IMG/VR virus record: IMGVR_UViG_3300033052_000037
Location: 1-40,002 of that record
Reading direction: 5' to 3' (one strand)
DNA length: 40,002 nt
Source of the DNA: a virus
The translations under genes and the position numbers were made by a program. The notes under the pieces were generated by a model. It did not search any database. It had not been told where the DNA came from and saw only the letters and a list, made by a program, of their open reading frames with translations. Every line of letters starts with the position of its first letter. Position 1 is the first letter of the stretch. This document shows, piece after piece, positions 6,646 through 15,023 of this stretch.

Positions 6646-7070
6646 AGCTCGCAGAACTCCCACGCGCTGCACATGCCCACGCTGACCTCGCCCAGCGCCT
6701 GCAGTTCGCGCACCACGGGCGCGGCCTCGGCGGTGCCCAGCCACTGGCGCACGAAGAACGCGGCGTGCGCTCCGCCCTCTGCCACGGCGTCGGCCACCTG
6801 CTCGGGCGCCACGTCCGCCACATAGCGCAGCGCCACCACCTTGCCACCCATGATGGCTGCCAGCGCCAAGCCCGCGCCGTGGTACTGGCTAGCCAGGTCG
6901 TCGGTGATTTTATGAACCTTCATGCTTATCCCTCCGCGCTCCACGCGCTCAATGATCCAGTCGCCCAGCTTCATGCCGGCAGCCCGGCTCTCACGCACCC
7001 AGCGGGCCTTGAGCGCCGCTGAGACGTGCAGGTGAATAAGGGCCTCGCGGCCCTCGGTGTTGTTACTCAT
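6642..7070 (-). CDS. Hypothetical protein with ribbon-helix-helix-like N-terminus
   Basis: ATG 7070 overlaps the upstream stop. The N-terminus is REALIHLHVSAALKARWVRESRAAGMKLGDWIIERV. Confidence 0.5.
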   Translation of the reverse strand: MSNNTEGREALIHLHVSAALKARWVRESRAAGMKLGDWIIERVERGGISMKVHKITDDLASQYHGAGLALAAIMGGKVVALRYVADVAPEQVADAVAEGGAHAAFFVRQWLGTAEAAPVVRELQALGEVSVGMCSAWEFCEL

Positions 7071-7338
7071 CAATCTCGACGTATTCGGTGTCAATGCCCG
7101 CAGCACTGACCGTGAAGGTCTGCGTGCGGCCGTAGATGCTGTCCCAGCTCTTGAGTTCGATGCCGGCGTCGTTGCCTTCGCTCAGCGAGAAATCGGCATG
7201 CTGCGCCCAGGCACGCAGCATGTCCATGGTGCTCTTGGACGTGCCCTCGTACAACTCGGGGGTCTTGTGGTTGGCGCGCAGGAAGGCGCGGATTTCTTCG
7301 AGGCCGGCTGCGTTGATGGTCTTGATGACTGCTTGCAT
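7063..7338 (-). CDS. Hypothetical protein (first gene of the accessory cassette)
   Basis: ATG 7338 with a GGAG RBS. The ORF-track start at 7398 would coincide with the predicted transcription start. Confidence 0.5.
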   Translation of the reverse strand: MQAVIKTINAAGLEEIRAFLRANHKTPELYEGTSKSTMDMLRAWAQHADFSLSEGNDAGIELKSWDSIYGRTQTFTVSAAGIDTEYVEIDE

Positions 7339-7405
7339 GATGTTGCTCCGATCAGGATTCCCGGAGCCGCCGGGGCGGTGGACAGTGCGCCTGTCCATGA
7401 ATCAA

Positions 7406-7433
7406 ATAATACACTGTTTTTAATGTATTGCAA
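7406..7433 (-). promoter_or_regulatory. Sigma70-like promoter TTGCAA-16 nt-TATTAT driving the 3-gene cassette
   Basis: It lies in a conspicuously AT-rich intergenic island. The spacer contains the inverted repeat AATACA..TGTATT. Confidence 0.55.
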
Positions 7434-7467
7434 GAAATTTTTTACCGTTCGTCGGAAATTTTGGACG

Positions 7468-7503
7468 AAAAAAAGCCCTCCACCCCGTGAGGAGTGGAGG
7501 GCT
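7468..7503 (-). terminator. Rho-independent terminator ending the late/lysis operon
   Basis: 9-bp stem GCCCTCCAC/GTGGAGGGC followed on the minus strand by a U7 run. Confidence 0.75.
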
Positions 7504-7674
7504 GGAGATCCGGGTAACCTGTAGAACCCCCGGAAGGAGACAACTGCAAATCAGGCTGATCGCTCAGCCATGGCCAAATCGATGCACCTGGCCACGGCGC
7601 GGGCTTCGAGCAGACGGCCCGCCTTCAACAGGCGGGCACGGTAAGCGCGCATGCGTATGGCAGCGCGCTCGATT

Positions 7675-7908
7675 TCATTGGCCGTCGACGATGCCGGCGG
7701 CGGTGCGGCACTGGTAGTACTGGCTGGCAACCTCGGCCAGCTTGTCGGTGGTGGCGCCGAAGCTGTCATCGCGCAGCGGCGTCAGGCGGGGGCAGTTGGC
7801 CACCACCAGTGCGCTCGGCTCTGCCGCCTGTGAGGGCTGCATTGAGGAGGCGCAGCCCGTCAGGGCTGTGGCGGCAATCAACGTACACAGTGTTGTTAAG
7901 AATTTCAC
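7675..7908 (-). CDS. o-spanin (Rz1-like outer-membrane lipoprotein)
   Basis: GTG start with an AGGAGA RBS. Signal peptide plus lipobox LTGC. It begins inside the i-spanin gene in another frame and extends past its stop. Confidence 0.75.
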   Translation of the reverse strand: MKFLTTLCTLIAATALTGCASSMQPSQAAEPSALVVANCPRLTPLRDDSFGATTDKLAEVASQYYQCRTAAGIVDGQ

Positions 7909-8116
7909 GCTGGATCTCCTGCTGGATGGTGGTTTGCAGCGGCTTCATCTTGGCGATGGCGTTGGCTGCCAGCTTGCCGGCCTCTTCGCCGGCGCGGCGC
8001 ACGTCTTCCTGGCGGTCGGCGTCGGTGGCTTTCTGGTGGTCAACACCCAGGCGGAAACCGCCCCAGCCAGCGCCCATGACGGCCACCAGCGCCGTGATGA
8101 TGAGGTAGGGGTTCAT
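7766..8116 (-). CDS. i-spanin (Rz-like)
   Basis: N-terminal TM segment (LIITALVAVMGAGWGG) and a charged, helical periplasmic part. Located downstream of the endolysin. Confidence 0.7.
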   Translation of the reverse strand: MNPYLIITALVAVMGAGWGGFRLGVDHQKATDADRQEDVRRAGEEAGKLAANAIAKMKPLQTTIQQEIQREILNNTVYVDCRHSPDGLRLLNAALTGGRAERTGGGQLPPPDAAAR

Positions 8117-8283
8117 GGCATGTACCGTCCTTTCGGCTCGGGCTCGGGGTAGAGCCGCTTGTCCTGGTTGCGCTCGTCGATCTCGCGTATCTGCGCCGCG
8201 TGGGCGCGGTTGATCGTGCGGATGCGGGCCTGCGGCCGCCGCTTGCGCGGCTTGGCCAGGCCCTTGGTGCGGTCGGTGCTCAT
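8113..8283 (-). CDS. Small, highly basic hypothetical protein inside the lysis cassette
   Basis: 56 aa, with ATGA overlaps to the endolysin stop and the i-spanin start. Confidence 0.45.
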   Translation of the reverse strand: MSTDRTKGLAKPRKRRPQARIRTINRAHAAQIREIDERNQDKRLYPEPEPKGRYMP

Positions 8284-8738
8284 GCCAACCCCACGATGCC
8301 CGGCACGGTGCCCGCGTCGGTGATAGTGATAACGCGGTTGATGGGTTTCTCGGGCGTGTGGGTGGATACGTGCACCCACTGCTTGCCCTTCACGCCCTCC
8401 AGGATGAGCTGCCCGATGCCCAGCACGCTTACCAGCGGTGCCAGCAGGCGGGCCACCTCGGTGGGCGTGCCGAACTGCGGCACCACGATATCGGCCGCAT
8501 GACCCTGGGTGTGGTCAGACGAGGAGCGACTACCCACCGCCCGGTTGACCTCCGGGCACCTGTACCCGCTGGTGACCACCACCGGCACGCCCACCGTGGA
8601 GCGGATGCGCTCCAGCATCTCAGCCGTGCGCACCAGGCGCGGCAGCAGCTCCTGCGGCGGCGTGTTGTCCAGGCCAAGGCGCTGCGCGGTGGCGCTGCGG
8701 GTCAGCTCTTCCAGGGTGAAATGCTCGGTGAGTTTCAT
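8280..8738 (-). CDS. Endolysin, peptidase M15 (VanY / L-Ala-D-Glu peptidase-like)
   Basis: FTLEELTRS...VTSGYRCPEVNRAVGSRSSSDHTQGHAADI shows the M15 zinc-ligand pattern. Confidence 0.8.
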   Translation of the reverse strand: MKLTEHFTLEELTRSATAQRLGLDNTPPQELLPRLVRTAEMLERIRSTVGVPVVVTSGYRCPEVNRAVGSRSSSDHTQGHAADIVVPQFGTPTEVARLLAPLVSVLGIGQLILEGVKGKQWVHVSTHTPEKPINRVITITDAGTVPGIVGLA

Positions 8739-8741
8739 GGC

Positions 8742-9065
8742 CTACCCTTCCTTAACGCGCGTGCGAACGATCAGAACCGCAAAGCCGAGCAGCACGCTTG
8801 TCTCGGCCAGCGTGGGGTGCTCCAGGCGCAGCAGCATGTCGCCGTAAGCGAGGGGAACCCCCAGATACAGCAGCACCGGCGCCGCCACTGCCCCGCCCGC
8901 GCCTATGGCCAGCAGCAGCCAGGCCACGGCCTTCAGGCCGTCCACCAGACGCGCATGCGCCGTCATGCCCCTGACAAAGGGACAGGTGCGCTCCAGCTTG
9001 TTCAAGGCCTCGGCCAGCACCACGAGGCCGGCCGCCCAGTGCAGGTGTTGCAGCAGATCCGTCAT
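8742..9065 (-). CDS. Holin/antiholin-like membrane protein
   Basis: 107 aa with several hydrophobic segments, directly upstream of the endolysin. Confidence 0.55.
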   Translation of the reverse strand: MTDLLQHLHWAAGLVVLAEALNKLERTCPFVRGMTAHARLVDGLKAVAWLLLAIGAGGAVAAPVLLYLGVPLAYGDMLLRLEHPTLAETSVLLGFAVLIVRTRVKEG

Positions 9066-9469
9066 GCCTTGCCTCCGTCGTTGCCCTGCTCGATCTCGCG
9101 TTTGCGACGGCGGATCAACGCGCCCAGGGAGTGCTGCGCGCCACCACCAATGGTGAAGGCCACGCCCAGCACCATAGGCAAGGGCAGATTGCTCAGCGCC
9201 ACGTTGGGCGTCACGTAGCCGGCCGTCAGGCTGGAGGCCAACGCCACCACCATGCGACGCCCTGTGTCGCGCAGTAGGTGGCGCCAGGTGTCGCCAGTAG
9301 CTGGCACGGTGTTGAGCAGCACCATGGCCGCAAGGGAGCCGGCAAAGCCCGCCACCAGGAAGTCCACCCGAAGCCCCAGCGGCACACCGAAGGCCGCCAG
9401 CACCGGAACAGTGGCACCACCCGCCACGAACTGCACGGTGGCAACGGTTGTGGCTGATAGTTCGGCCAT
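9062..9469 (-). CDS. Holin-like membrane protein
   Basis: 135 aa with multiple TM segments and a charged C-terminal tail (RRRKREIEQGNDGGKA). Confidence 0.6.
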   Translation of the reverse strand: MAELSATTVATVQFVAGGATVPVLAAFGVPLGLRVDFLVAGFAGSLAAMVLLNTVPATGDTWRHLLRDTGRRMVVALASSLTAGYVTPNVALSNLPLPMVLGVAFTIGGGAQHSLGALIRRRKREIEQGNDGGKA

Positions 9470-9499
9470 GTCGTCCTCACGAGTGATTGAAATGAAATA

Positions 9500-9523
9500 G
9501 CCGCCGGGCTTTCGCCGGGCGGC
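9500..9523 (-). terminator. GC hairpin (9 of 10 bp paired) between the tail-fibre module and the lysis cassette; weak terminator candidate
   Basis: GCCGCCGGGC-TTTC-GCCGGGCGGC. The T-rich tract on the minus strand is interrupted. Confidence 0.35.
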
Positions 9524-9545
9524 TTGTGGTCAATGCGCGGGTTGA

Positions 9546-10031
9546 TCAAACCGGCCAGGCCAGCGCCGGCAGCTCGGCCTCGAAGTCGGCAATGTCTGCT
9601 GGAATTTGCCCGGCTCCGTTGGTGGGCCAATTGCCTGCCAGCGTCCGTGCCTCGATCAATTCCGACACAGCCCACGTCTCGGCTGTCTTTAGCACCAGGT
9701 ACTCGCACTCCGCTCTGTAGCGAAAGACGATGTTCTGCAAATCGGCCGGCAAGGTCGCGATTTGCGCATCCGTAAGGCTCTTGTACTTTTCCAGAGAGTC
9801 CACGTTCGTATAACGGCGAGTTGCGGCGAAGTCATCAAGTCGCTTCTGGATCTGGTTGCTCAACCTGGCCACTCGCTGTTCCGTTGCAATGCCGGCCTCT
9901 TGGGCTGCCACAGTGGGCCAGTCGATCTCGATTGCAACGCCACTGGCATCCCAGGCTTGAATATCGCTCTCATCATCGCCATTGACGACGACAGCCAGCG
10001 GATAGGCTTTTCTTACGGCTTCGTGGTTCAT
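9546..10031 (-). CDS. Hypothetical protein downstream of the tail fibre (possible fibre assembly/chaperone)
   Basis: 161-aa ORF, ATGA-type overlap with the fibre gene, visibly lower GC. Confidence 0.5.
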   Translation of the reverse strand: MNHEAVRKAYPLAVVVNGDDESDIQAWDASGVAIEIDWPTVAAQEAGIATEQRVARLSNQIQKRLDDFAATRRYTNVDSLEKYKSLTDAQIATLPADLQNIVFRYRAECEYLVLKTAETWAVSELIEARTLAGNWPTNGAGQIPADIADFEAELPALAWPV

Positions 10032-11020
10032 GCTTGAATCTCCAGGAGTGTGAGCGTGGAAATTCCGCGCCCACTGTCTGCGCTGTCAGCATCGTTCTGC
10101 GACCGGTTTACATATGCAGTTGTTCCGTCTTGACCTGTCATCGCCTGAACCTTGTAGGTGGTAGCGGAAGTTGTTGCTGGAGAGTCACGGAAGTTTGCTG
10201 TAGCCGAGCCTGAAACGTAAGACGCATTGCCAGTGACTGTGATGGTTGACCTTGTGCGAGAACCGGCAGCATCACCGATCCCGATTGCTGTGCTGCCACA
10301 AACAAGTTGTGCATGGGCGCCAACAGTTGATTGCCCGTTTAGTGCGATCGACAGAATTGCAAGAATCTTGTTTGAAGCACTGCTCGGTGTTATTGACGCA
10401 GACAGACCAGTAACGTCCGTCATCGTAGTGGACGATGTACTCCAAGTGTCTGTTTTTGTGACCGAAACAACCTGTACAACCTGGCCTGAAAGATAGGTTG
10501 ATCCGGACGGGGGCAATGGATTGATCAGAATCCAGTCCGTCCCGTCATCCACGAAAATGCAGCGCTGGCCGGCCACCAGCGTGGTGTCCACCTTGGTGCC
10601 GGCGCTGTTGTAAGCCTTCACGCTTTTCGCAGCGTCTCCGTTCACTGCCATGGTGGTGGCCGCGCCGCCGTTGCCGGTGACAATGATGGCGTCCACCACT
10701 TTCACGCCGGAAGTGGCAGGCGACTGGGTGGCCACGATGGCGGTGCCGGTGCCGGTGATGGTGGCCAGGGTGGCGGTCTGTTTCTGGACTGAAATCAACG
10801 CCCAGGTGCTCAGCTTGCAGATGGTGACCCAGTCGCTGTTAGCCGCGTTGCGTTGCTTCAATAGATCATTGGCTGTGTCCGGCCACAACATGTAGGCATA
10901 GGTTGGTGACGGCGCTGTTGCCCCGCTGTTGAGGCTGGCGAGGGCGAGCGCCATGGCGTTGAGGTCCGCCAGGAAGGAGGAACCGTCCTGATCGGCAATC
11001 ACGTAATCATGTTGCGACAT
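10028..11020 (-). CDS. Tail fibre / receptor-binding protein
   Basis: The N-terminus MSQHDYVIADQDGSSFLADLNAMALALASLNSG is typical of phage fibre anchors. The C-terminal half is Ser/Thr/Gly-rich and beta-like. Confidence 0.7.
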   Translation of the reverse strand: MSQHDYVIADQDGSSFLADLNAMALALASLNSGATAPSPTYAYMLWPDTANDLLKQRNAANSDWVTICKLSTWALISVQKQTATLATITGTGTAIVATQSPATSGVKVVDAIIVTGNGGAATTMAVNGDAAKSVKAYNSAGTKVDTTLVAGQRCIFVDDGTDWILINPLPPSGSTYLSGQVVQVVSVTKTDTWSTSSTTMTDVTGLSASITPSSASNKILAILSIALNGQSTVGAHAQLVCGSTAIGIGDAAGSRTRSTITVTGNASYVSGSATANFRDSPATTSATTYKVQAMTGQDGTTAYVNRSQNDADSADSGRGISTLTLLEIQA

Positions 11021-11022
11021 GG

Positions 11023-11430
11023 TCAGCCTCCCTTACCGCCGATGCGGCCAATGGAGTTGACGAACTGCTGATCCCACTGCGCCAACCTGGGTGGCAACTG
11101 GCCAGAGCGGGCGGCGAGCTGGACGAGTTCGTGCACTGCTTCCTCCAGGCTCACGCTGCCAGGCTGGGTGATGCGCTGGCTGCGCGGAAGCGGGTCAAAC
11201 CGCTGTTGCGCGGCATTCCAGCGGTAGGCGCCGGGCGTCAGGTCGCAACACTCCGGCACTGCCACATGTTCTGGCGTCAGGCTGGCGCGGTTGATGACAT
11301 GCACGCCCCAATAGATGCCATTGACATCGAGATCAGCCACGCTAACCGTGGACGGCAAATCAGGCGTCTCTTCAGGCGGCTCCTGGGGGGTGGAATTTTC
11401 TTGCGTGTTCACGGCTGGGTCCTTTCTCAA
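11023..11430 (-). CDS. Hypothetical tail-associated protein (start uncertain: TTG 11430 or GTG 11412)
   Basis: ORF lying between the J-like gene and the fibre gene. Confidence 0.45.
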   Translation of the reverse strand: MRKDPAVNTQENSTPQEPPEETPDLPSTVSVADLDVNGIYWGVHVINRASLTPEHVAVPECCDLTPGAYRWNAAQQRFDPLPRSQRITQPGSVSLEEAVHELVQLAARSGQLPPRLAQWDQQFVNSIGRIGGKGG

Positions 11431-14009
11431 ACAGGTTCTTTAACGTCAACACGCAGGGTGCTGATGCGGATGTTGTGGGTGGGCTGACCGCTGGCCAGGT
11501 CGAGCTTCATGCGTGCTGCGCGGCAGGTGAAGTCGCCGACGAAAAATGGCGTCCATGGTCCCCAGGTGGGAGAGCCGGCGGGGTTGTCGTCAGTTGTGCT
11601 GATATAAAGCGTGGCATCGCAGTCGTTGATGACTTGGCCCGCCACGCTGCCCCAGCCGCTCACCACGCCGCGCTGGCCTATGGTGTCGCCCGTGTCGAAG
11701 CTGGTGGCCGCAATCTCGGCCTCGAATCGCCGCGTGGCGACGGAAGTGAGATCCAGCGCAGCGTCAAATTCATAACTGCCTGCAGATCTGATACCACCGA
11801 GCGAAGAAATCTTGCCCCACTCACTCACGGGCGTGGCCATGTCGCTGATCGTGGACAAACCGCTGAGGCGCAGCGCGCTATCCAGCACCGCCACGTTGCT
11901 CTTGCTGCCGGCAAACGCGGCATGCTGCACGCTGCTTGCCACCGTGCTGAACCCGGTAACCATGCCCTCCGTGGCCACGAAGCTGGCCGCGGTGGAAGAC
12001 CATTTGCCAGAGCTGTCCCGCGCCTTGGCCATGTAGGTGCCCGTCATCAGCGGCAGCTGGCCGGTGACGGCGTCGCCATTGAACTCCTGGACGATGACGC
12101 CGTTTTCCCACGCTGCACCGCTGGTGAGCGGGCTGTGGCGGATAACGATGCGCCCGCCGATGCGCACATCCAGGTCCGGGTGCAGCGTCAACTCGGCCAG
12201 TGCAAAGCCATTGGACTTGATGACACTGAAGCCAGTCACCGCAGCCGGCACGGCCGCCAGGCCGAGCAGTTCCTTGGTGGTGGTAGGGCTGTAGCTGCCA
12301 CGCACGCCGATGGAGTTTTCCGCGCGCACACGGAACTGGTAGGTGCCGGGGGCAACGTCAGCAATGTCAACACTCGTGCCGATGGTGGCCGGCAGGCTTG
12401 TCCAGGCGGTGGCGGAGGCCAGCTTGTATTCGGGCAAATAGCGGGCCACGAACGCGTTTTCCACGCTAGACCAGCTCATGCTGGCGCGCGATTTCACACC
12501 TGCGCTGCCTGTGGTCTCGTACAGCGTCTCGGCCACGCTGGGCGCCCCTGGCGCAGGCACCGTGAACGGGTCCGGCAGGTTGGTGGCCGGCGTGGCGCGC
12601 GGCGTGGTGAGCGGCGTGTCGGAGTAGACGGAGTCGTCGTACTCAACCACCTCCACCTCCACCTCATCGGAAGAGGCCAGCCGCATGCGGGCCACGCGGA
12701 ACGGCTTGCCTGAATGGCCTGGCGTCGAGTGGGTGAGCGGCACCACATCGCCCACCTCGCAATCAATCCCGGCAAGGGTCGCATTGAAAGACAAACTCTG
12801 CCCAAAGCGGCTCTGGCGCAGGTGGCGCTCGGTCTTGATCTGCGCCTCGTAGGCATTGGTGGTAAACGGCAGTTCGATCTGCGCCTCCAGCAGCAGCCCG
12901 TTGTCGGCCGCGCGGAAGGTGGTGCTGTCAGCCGGCCAGATGTCGGGCTGCCATTCGCGCTCCGGGTTGAACCAGTTGCCGCGCACGCGGTTGAAGCGGG
13001 TGCGCTTGTTGCCGGCGCTGATCTGCCACTGGCCGACGATGTTGTCTTCGTTGAACTCGAAGGTGGTGGGCGTCTCGGCCTTGTCGATCAGCAGGCCGTA
13101 GCCGCGGGCAGAGTAAGTCAGCGAACCGCGGCAGCTGGTGAGCAGCTGGCGCATGTTCTCCATCGTGTTCTCGTCCGTGTTCACCATGCCGTTGCAGGTG
13201 TGCATGGCACGGGCCACGGACTGCGGATCGGTGTAGGTCACGTCGCAGCTGTTGGCGCCGGCAATCCATGAGGCGGCGTCCAGGCTGGCCGACGGAATGC
13301 CACGGCCGTACAGTGAGTCGGTGATGTAGTCGCGCACGCACAGCGAGGGGTTGCTGCTGAACTTGGTCAGGGTGTCGCGCGGGTCGTAGACGGTGCGGCC
13401 ATCCACATCGGCCGTGATGGTGGGCATGCCGGAAAATGCATCCGGGTCGAACTTCAGGCGCACCCAGATGTAGGCCACGCCGCTCCCCTTGTGGGCAGAC
13501 GTCCACTTGCCTGGCAAGGCCGACATGAGCCCCGCGCTGACTGCCTGGTCGTGCGCGCCCAGATGTTTCTCGATGGTCACCAGCCCGCTGAAGCGGGCGT
13601 CAGACGAGTCAACGCCGTCGATGTAGACGGTGTTGATGGCGCTGATGGGGCCTTCGCTGAGCGTGATGACCAGATGCAGGTACTCATTGCTGTCGCCGCT
13701 CACCTCCGTCAGCACGCGGCTGCCGCCGACGCGGCGCGAACCGTACACCACGGGAATGGGGTCCACGGTGCTGGCCGTGTTGATGAGCAGGCCGCGCGCC
13801 ATGCTGGACTGCTGCGGGCCGCGGCTCTGCTCCGGCGAGCGGTTGAGCCCCATGGCGTTGCCCAGCACGGCCGAGACGGCCATGGAGGTCACGCCGCCGA
13901 TGATGGCCGCACCAATGCCGCCTGCCACCACCCAGCCAGCCGTCACGGCGGCAGCTGAAGCGGCAGCACCGGCCGCAATGGCCCCGACGGCAACAATGGC
14001 TGCTGGCAT
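11427..14009 (-). CDS. Host-specificity / central tail tip protein (lambda J-like)
   Basis: 860 aa, positioned after the K/L/M-like genes. The N-terminus is glycine/alanine-rich and hydrophobic. Confidence 0.75.
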   Translation of the reverse strand: MPAAIVAVGAIAAGAAASAAAVTAGWVVAGGIGAAIIGGVTSMAVSAVLGNAMGLNRSPEQSRGPQQSSMARGLLINTASTVDPIPVVYGSRRVGGSRVLTEVSGDSNEYLHLVITLSEGPISAINTVYIDGVDSSDARFSGLVTIEKHLGAHDQAVSAGLMSALPGKWTSAHKGSGVAYIWVRLKFDPDAFSGMPTITADVDGRTVYDPRDTLTKFSSNPSLCVRDYITDSLYGRGIPSASLDAASWIAGANSCDVTYTDPQSVARAMHTCNGMVNTDENTMENMRQLLTSCRGSLTYSARGYGLLIDKAETPTTFEFNEDNIVGQWQISAGNKRTRFNRVRGNWFNPEREWQPDIWPADSTTFRAADNGLLLEAQIELPFTTNAYEAQIKTERHLRQSRFGQSLSFNATLAGIDCEVGDVVPLTHSTPGHSGKPFRVARMRLASSDEVEVEVVEYDDSVYSDTPLTTPRATPATNLPDPFTVPAPGAPSVAETLYETTGSAGVKSRASMSWSSVENAFVARYLPEYKLASATAWTSLPATIGTSVDIADVAPGTYQFRVRAENSIGVRGSYSPTTTKELLGLAAVPAAVTGFSVIKSNGFALAELTLHPDLDVRIGGRIVIRHSPLTSGAAWENGVIVQEFNGDAVTGQLPLMTGTYMAKARDSSGKWSSTAASFVATEGMVTGFSTVASSVQHAAFAGSKSNVAVLDSALRLSGLSTISDMATPVSEWGKISSLGGIRSAGSYEFDAALDLTSVATRRFEAEIAATSFDTGDTIGQRGVVSGWGSVAGQVINDCDATLYISTTDDNPAGSPTWGPWTPFFVGDFTCRAARMKLDLASGQPTHNIRISTLRVDVKEPV

Positions 14010-14010
14010 G

Positions 14011-14460
14011 TCAACGAACTCCCATGATGACGTCTGGCACGGCCAGCGCGTCAGGCGAAAACAGGCCCACGCCGTTGAGCGTGGACGAAAGATGAAGGCG
14101 CCCCAGCACCACGCTGGCGCCGATGGTTGGCCCCGGCAGGTTCACCAGGCACACATCGCCCGGCTGTTCAAAATTGCGCGGCACCTGCACCAGGCCGGCG
14201 CCTTGCAGCACCTCCACCAGCCCGGCCAGGCCGTTCCGGTGCACCCAGGCCAGCGCGCGGGTCTGGCTGCGCATGCTGCGCCAGTGCAGGGCCTGCAGGT
14301 TGCTGCCGTGCATGGCATCCAGCGCGCGCAAGGCCAGCGAGACGCAGTTGGTCTGCCCCCACACGAAAGGCTGGCCGCACTGTGCGCGGGCAAAGGCGGC
14401 CAGCCGCAACTCCCAGTCGGGCAGGCGTGCACATGTGTGCACCCCGGGTATCGGTGTCAT
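14011..14460 (-). CDS. NlpC/P60-like tail tip protein (lambda K-like)
   Basis: Start at ATG 14460. WGQTNCVSL is a Cys-containing motif. Assigned also by position. Confidence 0.55.
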   Translation of the reverse strand: MTPIPGVHTCARLPDWELRLAAFARAQCGQPFVWGQTNCVSLALRALDAMHGSNLQALHWRSMRSQTRALAWVHRNGLAGLVEVLQGAGLVQVPRNFEQPGDVCLVNLPGPTIGASVVLGRLHLSSTLNGVGLFSPDALAVPDVIMGVR

Positions 14461-15023
14461 TTGCTGCCCCACTTGATGGGCTTGTTGATCTGGCTCACGT
14501 ACTCGAAGAACAGGTCGCCGGGGAAGTGCAGCTGCTGCTCCTGGTGGTTGGTGTGGCGGCCAGCCTTGCGCTCGAAGTCGATCCAGTGGTTGCCGGCGGT
14601 GAGCGTGACGGTGCACATGCCGCTGTCCGGGTCTTCCACCACGGCGGGGGCGTCGCACCGGCCGTCCAGGATGGGGATGGGGTCCACCACCACGGACTCG
14701 TCGTCCGCCAGGAAAGCCTTGCGGATGACAAGCCGGCGGTCGATGTACTCATGGCTGAGCACACCGGCAATCTCGCTCTGGTCCACTCCCGAGAGGGTGA
14801 CGCGTGTCTGCCCGACAGAGAGGTCTGCCGCCTCTTCAATGCCGTCGTATTCCAGAAACCGCCCATTGGCCACGTAGGTGTTGCCGTTCCAGGTGATGGT
14901 GCGGTAGGCATCCGTGGCAAAGGTGGAGGCGTCGTCCAGGTACAGCTCGAACAGGTGGATGGGGCGGTTCGCGTCTTTCGCCAGTTCGGCGCGGAAGGCG
15001 GTGCTGGCGCCGCGCCCGCTCAC
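14457..15023 (-). CDS. Minor tail protein (lambda L-like position)
   Basis: GTG 15023 overlaps the upstream stop (GTGA). Confidence 0.55.
   Translation of the reverse strand: MSGRGASTAFRAELAKDANRPIHLFELYLDDASTFATDAYRTITWNGNTYVANGRFLEYDGIEEAADLSVGQTRVTLSGVDQSEIAGVLSHEYIDRRLVIRKAFLADDESVVVDPIPILDGRCDAPAVVEDPDSGMCTVTLTAGNHWIDFERKAGRHTNHQEQQLHFPGDLFFEYVSQINKPIKWGSK

Noticed and set aside
7551-7769. 72-aa minus-strand ORF downstream of, and overlapping, the o-spanin
   Set aside because: Its N-terminal half overlaps the o-spanin and i-spanin genes and is Pro/Ala/Ser-rich. No RBS is visible. A short real ORF in 7551-7674 cannot be excluded.
8358-9218. 286-aa plus-strand ORF over the lysis genes
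   Set aside because: It is antisense to the endolysin and holin genes, which have clear motifs and TM segments. Shadow ORF.
11475-12713. 412-aa plus-strand ORF
   Set aside because: It is antisense to the J-like tail gene, with an Arg/Gly/Ala-rich composition.
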